From Candidatus Magasanikiibacteriota bacterium (GTDB lineage: Bacteria > Patescibacteriota > Patescibacteriia > Magasanikbacterales > UBA922): a stretch of 52,802 nt of DNA. A model generated the notes under the pieces. It saw only the letters and a list, made by a program, of their open reading frames with translations. It did no database searches and was not told the origin of the DNA. The first letter of the stretch is position 1; the number at the start of each line of letters is the position of its first letter. This document shows positions 27,096-34,900 of the stretch, piece after piece. The position numbers and the translations under genes are program-made. Where the stretch lies: positions 1-52,802 of the forward strand of contig JABJHO010000051.1 of NCBI GenBank assembly GCA_018661775.1. Direction: 5' to 3'.

Positions 27096-29984
27096 ATGAA
27101 AATTAAGGAAAAAATGAAAAAATATACAAAACTAGGTCATTTAAGTATTTTTTTTAGTTTGGCCGCTTTGTTTATTGGTAGTATTTTTTTCTATTTTTTT
27201 GCAAATAACTCTGGCAAAAAGACAGTCCAAGAAAAATTACCTAAGATTGTGGCAGAGTGTTTTGTAAGTTTAAGAAATAAAATTCAAGATTTAAAATATA
27301 TATCCCGTGATTTTTCCGAATCAAATTTACCGGTGTATGAGTTAAATATTTCTAAAGAAAATTTAAAAAAATTAGAAGACAATTTACCTAACCTAGAGGC
27401 GCGTAGACTGGAGGATGATTATGCTCTTGGGGTGGATGAGAGGATGGGGGATGGTAGTAGAATTTATGTGCCAGCAGAATTTATATTTGATAATAAAATA
27501 TATGAAGTGGAGGTGCGTTATCGTGGGAATAGTGCGCCGCATTGGTCAGAAGAAAAAAAATCAATGAGAATTAGATTTCCAAAAGATGATTTGTTTTTTG
27601 GAAAGCGTGATATAAATTTTATAATCCCTTTAGACAGGTATTATCTGGCAGAGGAATTTAATAATTATAGGGCTAGAAAAATGGGGTTAGTTGTGCCAGA
27701 TAGTAAGTTTGTTGGTATAAAAATAAACGGAAAGCAAGAGGCATTGTACTGGGAAGTTGAGCATTTTTCAAAGGAATTTTTAGAAACCCATAATTTAAGT
27801 GGAGACATGGATTTGTATGGTGAGGGTGATACATTTCAACAAAAAATATACACAGATATAAATTATTGGCAAAAATACGTTGAAGACCCTCTAAAAGCTA
27901 AAAATAATTACACTCCTTTGGAAATTTATTTATCATTTTTAAATGAGGCACCGGAAGAAGTATTTAATAAATATATTTTTGATTTGATTGATAAAGATAA
28001 TTTCTATACTTGGACAATTCATAATTTGTTATCAGGAAGTTTACATCAAGATTATTCTCATAATATAAGAATGGTATTTGATAAAAGTGTTGGGAAATTT
28101 AAAATATTTCCATGGGATTTGTATGTTTATGATTATAGTGTAAAAGTTTTGGACATAGACTCGGCTCTAGAGGCTACTAGAAATCCACTTGTAGGTCGTG
28201 TACTGAGTAATCCTGAGTTTATGCATGAGAGGAATCAGATGATGTGGGAGTATGTAGAAAATAAAGATAATTTAAAGGAGGGTCTAAAAACGTATGATGA
28301 ACTTTTTGTGTCTACCCAGAAGACTTTTTATAATGATCCAATAAGAAATCGTTCTTATAAATTTTTTGAAAATGAAGTTGGAAGGACGAGATCAAATATT
28401 GAAAAGAATTTTAATAGAATTAGAAAATTATTTACTAATGGGGAGGCAAGTTTTGTATTCTCAAACAAATTACATAATAATGAATTAGAATTATCTTTAT
28501 CTAATTTTAATTCAGTTTCCCCGGCATATTTAAGTGAGATTGAATTAACTTTTAAAGAAGAGACCTTAGTATTATTTGATGTATTATTTGATGGTAAAAA
28601 AGTTTGTGATGCTAATGAGGCAGAAATTGATGAGGATAAAAATAGGATAAAATTAAAATGTGATAGGCTAGATATTTTTCCAAGATTGACAAAATATGTT
28701 CCAGATATAAATGATATAGAATATTACGCTAAAGAAATATTTGTTGTGCAGAAGAATAAAAATCTTTTTCTCTTAATTCCAAGAGAACAAATTTTGTTGA
28801 ATGATGTGGAAAAAATTAAAATTGAAGTGCGAAATTCAAATACAGATAAAAAGTTTGATGAAGTGAGTGGGGTGTTTGTTGATAATACAGAATTTACTAA
28901 TTTTTATGATATTTCAAAAACACCACAAGAATTTACATCAGAAAATAAAAGATTTTATTTAAATGGAAATGAAATAGTGTTACCAGCTGGACTGCATATA
29001 TTTTCTGATAATTTAGTAATTCCACGTAATACAAAATTAACTATATTACCTGGAGCAACTATTAATTTAATTAATAATGCTTCTTTTGTTTCATATAGTC
29101 CGGTGATTGCCAAAGGTAATCCTAGTGACAATATTATCGTTCGTGGAGAGGGTGACGGAGTGGGTGAGAATTTTGCCGTGTTAGATAATATTGGCTTGAG
29201 TGAATTTGAATATGTGGAATTTTCTGGAGGTGGGGAGTCAACGGTAAACGGGGCTTTCTTTTCTGGCATGCTTGCAATTCATCATGCAGACAGTATTATT
29301 AAATATTGTAAATTTGAAAATGCCGCAGGGGATGACGCATTAAATATAAAATATGCTTCAAGTACTGTTGCACATAATTCATTTGTCGCAAATTCAGCTG
29401 ACGCAATTGATTATGATTTTTCTAATGGTGTAATTGAGTATAATAAGTTTATTGATAACGGTAATGATAGCATTGACACGTCAGGTTCGCCGGTTTTAAT
29501 ACAATTTAATGAAATTATAAATTCCGGCGATAAGTGTATTAGTTCAGGCGAAAAATCTACTTCAGTAATATTTAATAATATTTTACATGGCTGCTATATT
29601 GGTATTGAGGTGAAAGATTTATCAGAACCGACTATTATTAATAACGTGATTGTTCATAACGATATAGGTATAAATGAATATCAGAAAAAAGAGATATTCG
29701 GTGGCGGAAAAGGAAGGGTATATAACACGATAATTTGGGATAATAAGGAAAGTATTATGCTAGATAAGGTATCAACCATTGAAGTCTATAACAGTGATGT
29801 AGAGAGTGGTTATGACGGAAAAGGTAATTTTGACAAGGAACCTGTTTTTCTTGAAGGCTTTACAAATAGTGAAAAAGACGCTATCATAAAGTTCAAGACA
29901 GGTGGTAATGGCGATATTTTGAAGGAAGTGTTGGGGGTAGGTTTGGATGAAGTTCCTGTTGGTCTGGTATATGGTTTTAAATAA
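27096..29984 (+). CDS. CotH-family kinase-fold protein fused to a C-terminal right-handed beta-helix domain, membrane anchored
   Basis: Paralogue of the upstream gene ('YVPAEFIFDNKIYEVEVRYRGNSAPHWSEEKKSMRIRF', 'HQDYSHNIRMVFDKSVGKFKIFPWDL'). The C-terminal ~330 aa show periodic 'N.F..N..D(A/S)ID' / 'N.I..N' repeats typical of PbH1 parallel beta-helices. Confidence 0.7.
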   Translation: MKIKEKMKKYTKLGHLSIFFSLAALFIGSIFFYFFANNSGKKTVQEKLPKIVAECFVSLRNKIQDLKYISRDFSESNLPVYELNISKENLKKLEDNLPNLEARRLEDDYALGVDERMGDGSRIYVPAEFIFDNKIYEVEVRYRGNSAPHWSEEKKSMRIRFPKDDLFFGKRDINFIIPLDRYYLAEEFNNYRARKMGLVVPDSKFVGIKINGKQEALYWEVEHFSKEFLETHNLSGDMDLYGEGDTFQQKIYTDINYWQKYVEDPLKAKNNYTPLEIYLSFLNEAPEEVFNKYIFDLIDKDNFYTWTIHNLLSGSLHQDYSHNIRMVFDKSVGKFKIFPWDLYVYDYSVKVLDIDSALEATRNPLVGRVLSNPEFMHERNQMMWEYVENKDNLKEGLKTYDELFVSTQKTFYNDPIRNRSYKFFENEVGRTRSNIEKNFNRIRKLFTNGEASFVFSNKLHNNELELSLSNFNSVSPAYLSEIELTFKEETLVLFDVLFDGKKVCDANEAEIDEDKNRIKLKCDRLDIFPRLTKYVPDINDIEYYAKEIFVVQKNKNLFLLIPREQILLNDVEKIKIEVRNSNTDKKFDEVSGVFVDNTEFTNFYDISKTPQEFTSENKRFYLNGNEIVLPAGLHIFSDNLVIPRNTKLTILPGATINLINNASFVSYSPVIAKGNPSDNIIVRGEGDGVGENFAVLDNIGLSEFEYVEFSGGGESTVNGAFFSGMLAIHHADSIIKYCKFENAAGDDALNIKYASSTVAHNSFVANSADAIDYDFSNGVIEYNKFIDNGNDSIDTSGSPVLIQFNEIINSGDKCISSGEKSTSVIFNNILHGCYIGIEVKDLSEPTIINNVIVHNDIGINEYQKKEIFGGGKGRVYNTIIWDNKESIMLDKVSTIEVYNSDVESGYDGKGNFDKEPVFLEGFTNSEKDAIIKFKTGGNGDILKEVLGVGLDEVPVGLVYGFK

Positions 29985-30059
29985 GTTATATGAGTGCACT
30001 CAAACTGCATTCATTCAGGAATAATTTAGGGTAAGTTCTAACCATTTATTCATTTGTTT

Positions 30060-30881
30060 ATGAATCCGAAATTACATTTTCAGAGATTTGAATTTAAGTA
30101 TTTAATTACCACAGATTTAGAATTGGAAATTAAGAAAAGAATTGCACCTTACATTAAAAAAGACCCATTTGTTGCAAAAAATAAAAATGGAATGTATGAA
30201 GTGATAAGTTTGTATTATGATAGTCCAGGATTCTATTATTATAGACAAAAAATAGATGGAGTGTTAAAAAGAAAAAAAGTACGGTTAAGGGTGTATAGGA
30301 ATAATAGTGAATTCATCAAATATGCATTTTTTGAAATAAAAAGAAGGTATGACGCTGTTATTTTAAAAGATAGGTTTTTGATCAGTATAGAAGATTATGA
30401 TAAGCTTATCAAAAATGATGATTTTCACAGTACTGTTGCAATACGTGATCAGAATAGAAAAAATATTATTGAAGAATTTGAGTGGGAACAGCATTTGCGA
30501 TCGATTGGTCCTAAGGTTTTAGTTAATTATGACCGTGAACCGTATCTAGGTATATATAATGAAAATTTTAGAATAACGTTTGATAAAAATATAAAAGCAA
30601 TTCAAAATGATAATTTGTTCTATAAAGGAAATGATTTTGAAGATATCTCTGGAAATCATACTGTAATGGAAGTGAAGTTTAATGGTTCTTTACCACATTA
30701 TGTGAGTGAAATTATAAAAGAGTTTGATTTACAGAGAATTTCATATTCAAAATATTGCCATGCAATTGAATCTACAGGATGTATATCAGCCTATGATTTT
30801 CCAAAAACAAAAGGTATTGTGGATGCAAAGGAGAGTATATTAGAAAGAAGTAGAGTGTCAAATGGAAATTTTGGGTTTTAG
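30060..30881 (+). CDS. VTC-domain (polyphosphate polymerase / triphosphate-tunnel fold) protein
   Basis: 'FQRFEFKYLI', 'YEVISLYYDSPGFYYY', 'KRKKVRLRVY', 'FFEIKRR' and 'HTVMEVKF' match the alternating basic/acidic beta-strand pattern of VTC/CYTH tunnels. No hydrophobic helix. ATG 30060 preferred over TTG 30054. Confidence 0.75.
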   Translation: MNPKLHFQRFEFKYLITTDLELEIKKRIAPYIKKDPFVAKNKNGMYEVISLYYDSPGFYYYRQKIDGVLKRKKVRLRVYRNNSEFIKYAFFEIKRRYDAVILKDRFLISIEDYDKLIKNDDFHSTVAIRDQNRKNIIEEFEWEQHLRSIGPKVLVNYDREPYLGIYNENFRITFDKNIKAIQNDNLFYKGNDFEDISGNHTVMEVKFNGSLPHYVSEIIKEFDLQRISYSKYCHAIESTGCISAYDFPKTKGIVDAKESILERSRVSNGNFGF

Positions 30882-30916
30882 TATAATAGATTAATATTTA
30901 ATTAATAACATAGTAT

Positions 30917-31594
30917 ATGACAGAATTGTTTTCAGGAGGATTGATATCATATTCAATACCACAAATTGTATTGAATATAGTAGTGACATTTGTATTGTCA
31001 TTTGTTATAGCTCTTGTGTATAAAAAGACACACAAAGGTTTATCTTATTCTCAGTCGTTTGTTTTCACTCTAGTGTTAATGAGTGTGATTGTGTCTGTTG
31101 TTATGATGATAATTGGTAATAGTCTTGCGCGTGCCTTTGGTCTTTTGGGGGCTTTTTCCATTATTAGATTTCGTACTGCAGTGAAAGATACAAAAGATAC
31201 TGGGTATATCTTTTTTGCACTTGCAATTGGTATGGCCGTGGGAACCGGTAGTTATAATATAGCAGTGGTTGGAACCATATTAATCTTGTTGGTGATATTG
31301 ATTTTAGATAAAATTAATTTTGGTTCAATGAGAAAGCATGAGTATCTATTATCTTTTGTCGTTAATCATGATGAAGGTGCGGGGAACACTTTTGAGGGGG
31401 TATTTAAAAAATATTTAAAAAATATTATGCTTTTAAATATTAACTCAAAACGTGATGGTAAAGCAGCAGAAATGACATATCATGCAAGTTTTGTTGATGA
31501 GGACAAGAAAGAAGAATTTGTAAGAGAGTTATCCGGAATGAGTGGAGTGGAAAAAGTTCACCTTATTACTTCAAAGGAGGATGTAGAATATTAA
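30917..31594 (+). CDS. DUF4956-family multi-pass membrane protein
   Basis: Several hydrophobic helices, the conserved-looking 'ARAFGLLGAFSIIRFRTAVKDTKDTGYIFFALAIGMAVGTG', and a soluble ~90-aa C-terminal domain. Confidence 0.7.
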   Translation: MTELFSGGLISYSIPQIVLNIVVTFVLSFVIALVYKKTHKGLSYSQSFVFTLVLMSVIVSVVMMIIGNSLARAFGLLGAFSIIRFRTAVKDTKDTGYIFFALAIGMAVGTGSYNIAVVGTILILLVILILDKINFGSMRKHEYLLSFVVNHDEGAGNTFEGVFKKYLKNIMLLNINSKRDGKAAEMTYHASFVDEDKKEEFVRELSGMSGVEKVHLITSKEDVEY

Positions 31595-31609
31595 AAATAA
31601 TGTAATAAA

Positions 31610-31640
31610 AAATCTCAGATTAAACTGAGATTTTTTTATT
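31610..31640 (+). terminator. Rho-independent terminator ending the CotH/VTC/DUF4956 block
   Basis: Perfect 8-bp stem aatctcag / ctgagatt (31611-31618 and 31625-31632), 6-nt loop, then a T7 run. Confidence 0.7.
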
Positions 31641-31896
31641 TTCTTTTTTTGAAAATAAACAGATGATTGACATGGTTACTGGAAAAAGAATATCGCACCC
31701 AAATAAGATAGTATTTGGGAATATATTAATGAAAAAATTTTAAGCTATTATTTGCCGCACCAAGGGTTTGGTGGTTTTATTAACCCAGACAATGACAGTA
31801 ATGGGCGTGACTTATGCTTGGGTTGGTTTTTCATAACTCTCCAAAAGGGTTTGTGTAGTAAGTGATTAAGGGTATTCTGAACTAGTGTCTAACTAA

Positions 31897-31923
31897 ACAA
31901 AAAAGCATTAAATATCTAATGCT
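31897..31923 (-). terminator. Rho-independent terminator downstream of the giant minus-strand gene
   Basis: Stem agcatta / taatgct (31904-31910 and 31917-31923). On the minus strand it is followed by TTTTTTG (plus-strand A-run 31899-31904). It lies 63 nt past the stop at 31986. Confidence 0.55.
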
Positions 31924-31985
31924 TTGTGGTACTATGTAAAATAGGACTTTGTATGGGTGAGATGCTTGGTTTTTCTCACAGAGGG

Positions 31986-34900
31986 TCAAGGGAGTGGTCT
32001 GGAGAGGCGTGCTCCAATGGCGTCGTTCCGACGTGAAGGGGCTGAACTGTCGCGGCGCGCAGCACGAAGATCATCCGTACTGTTGTGCCACGCACCACCC
32101 CGACCTATCCGGCGGACGCTATTGTCTAGGCAATTTTCTAAGATACAGTATGCACTGCCATCTATCGGTGCATTGTTATAATTATTTACATATGCATCCA
32201 AAACCCACTCCCTCACGTTGCCTGCAAGGTCACAGAGTCCTTGCTCGCTATTTCCTGCCTCATAAGTGCATACCGTGCTTGTGCCCAGTCCCTCTACACA
32301 CCCCATGCTATTGTTTACGTTGTCCCAGTCTGTTCGGTTGCAGTCTGGCGCTTCGTCTCCCCATGGGTATGCGAAATCTTGGCCACCGCTCCGAGCGGCA
32401 AATTCCCACTGAGCTTCGCTTGGAAGTTCAGCACCAATCCATGCCCCAAAAACACGCATTTGCTCGAAGCTCACATAATTGACAGGGTGCTCTTCTCTTC
32501 CGTGTGTGTAATTGCAGGATAGCCACTCATAAGATTCGCTTTCGTTGTTACAGTCTGGCTCTGAACATTCTCCTGCGCTTACACAAGTTCGGTACTGAGC
32601 AACTGTCACCTCATTTCGCATCATCTCGAAGCTAGGAACATTGACCTCATGTTGAGGGTGTTCATTACTTGCCCCAACCCCTTCTGGGGATCCCATCATA
32701 AAGCTACCACCCTCGATGCGCACCCAAATTATTTCAGGGCAGTTAGGGGAGCAGGGCATGTGGTGACACTCAACCCCCTCATCAACCTCACCATCACAAT
32801 CATTATCAAGTCCATCACAAATCTCTTCGGCTGGAAGGATTTCTCCAACACATGCGCCAAATTGACCGTCAGAACAAGATCGTAATCCTGATTGGCAGAT
32901 CCCAACATTCTCTGTATCCGGGTTGCCGGTGTAACAGACAATATCATCAATACCGTTGTCGAGGGTTCCATCGCAGTCATTGTCGAGGCCGTCGCAGATT
33001 TCATTGTCGTCTGGGTCACCAGGAATGCAGACATCTTCGACACTTCCGTTGTTACACGTTCGTGCACCTTGTCTGGCACAAATACCAGTTCCGCAGATAA
33101 TCACTGTTGGGTCGAAGTAGTCGTTGTCGATTTCACCATCGCAGTTATTGTCGAGCCCATCACAACTTTCATCTGTGGCTGCGGGTGGGTGACCTGGTGT
33201 GCACGCTTCTTGGATTTCTCCATTTTCGTCGCACAGAAGTTCACCATCTCGCTGACAGACACCAACGCCACATGTGGTAGGAATTGGAGAAAATTGATCA
33301 GGATCGCAACATGTTTCATCTGCGACACCGTCACAGTTATTATCTAACTCATCGCAAATGTCTATCTCTTCGGGTTGGCCTGGAATAGCATTGCATAGTG
33401 CCTGTGTAGGGTCTTCTGGGTTACAGATTATAATACCAGGTCGACTACAGATGCCTAGACCATTATTACATAGCACGCCAAGATTAAAACCGTTGTCACG
33501 AGTACCATCACAATTGTTGTCGATTCCATCACAGAGCTCCTCTACAGGATCTCCGGGAATACAATCACGAATAGTCACACTATTTTCGCAGCGAGTTTGA
33601 GCCTCTTCCAAACATGCACCAATACCGCAGGTAATGATTTCGGACACAAAGTCTTCGTCAATTCGCATGTCACAGTCTTCGTCTAATCCATTGCAGATAT
33701 CTATATCCCCAGCTTGGCCAGGAGTACAGGTGTCAACGGGTTGACCATTGATGCAGTCTACTTCACCAGTGCTTTGGCATATACCTGCACCACATACGGT
33801 GGGCATAGCAACAAAGCCTTCGTCAGCGCGACCATCACAATCCTCGTCACTATTGTTACAGGTTGTGTCTTCTAGTATCGCTTCTCCTGGAGTGCAAGAG
33901 TCAAGAATATTTCCGTTGTTGCAAGAAGTAAGACCATCGTTTGTGCAGACACCACGACCGCAAACAGTAATAACGGGCATATATACTTCATCAGTGTTTC
34001 CGTCGCAGTCATTGTCGATATTGTTACATTGGCTATCTGGTGTTGCAAGGTCAATATTTGGTGTACAGTTATCCACTATATTCCCGTTTTCACATGAAGT
34101 GAGTCCAGTTGTAGCGCAGACACCAAATCCGCAAGTGGTTTGCTCTTGTGTTACATCCTCGTCGATTCGACCGTCACAATCTTGATCGAGTCCATCGCAG
34201 GTGTCATCTTCATTGCTCAGTGGGTCTCCAGCTTCGCAGCTATCTTCCACTTCGCCACCAACACATGATGTTTCACCTTGTCGCGCACAGACGCCGGTAC
34301 CACAAATAGTTTGGATTGAATCATAATTTCCCACAATACAACCACAGTTTTCATCTACCGATCCATCACAGTTTTCGTCTTGTTCACTATTGTCGCACAG
34401 TTCTTGTTCGCCTGGTGGAATAATTGGCGCAGTGCAGATTTCCATATTACCCATACAGATAATCTCTCCTCCTGCAGCGCAAATACCAGAAGCATTATTT
34501 GTACATGCTTGTCCCACTTGGTCTGTGTTATCCACCACCTCGTCACAGTCATTATCCAATCCATCACAGATTTCTGCTTGGGGTTGGGTTTGGTTAACAC
34601 ATGTGCTATCCCAGCCTCCGTCAGAGCATGTCTCAAAACCGTCTGTACAGATACCGGTATCACGAGTTTGTGAAGGGCCGGTATAACAAGGACGTGTAGC
34701 TCCATTCTCGCAGCTATCTGTATCGCCTTCACAAACAAAGTCTGCAGTCCAGTTGCCCTGCACACATGTTTGCACAAGAGTACCACTGTTATTTCTGCCG
34801 CATGTATTTGGAAATCGGCGCTGAGAGTCATTATTGCACTCATCAGGATCTTCACAAGGCTGGATTTCCCAGGCACCTGTAACACAGAGTTCAATTTCTC

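Noticed and set aside
1245-29269. Short nested or antisense track ORFs inside the glycan genes (e.g. 1245-1460, 1988-2188, 3608-4161, 9211-9483, 14394-14693, 16728-17021, 21058-21384, 26533-26859, 28955-29269).
   Set aside because: Each lies within a longer ORF that has clear family motifs. They are 60-130 aa, compositionally biased, and lack independent start context.
29991-30002. Perfect 12-bp palindrome tgagtgcactca between the second CotH gene and the VTC gene, considered as a possible operator.
   Set aside because: Roughly a dozen 12-bp perfect palindromes are expected by chance in 52.8 kb. It has no partner site and no adjacent regulator gene.
31986-32160. Possible diversity-generating retroelement target. 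FGE-sulfatase/C-type-lectin folds at the C-terminus of surface proteins are classic DGR variable regions, and DGRs are common in CPR genomes.
   Set aside because: I looked for a template-repeat copy of the last ~150 nt of the gene in the flanking spacers and elsewhere in the window and saw none. No reverse-transcriptase-like ORF is present. A TR/RT outside the window cannot be excluded.
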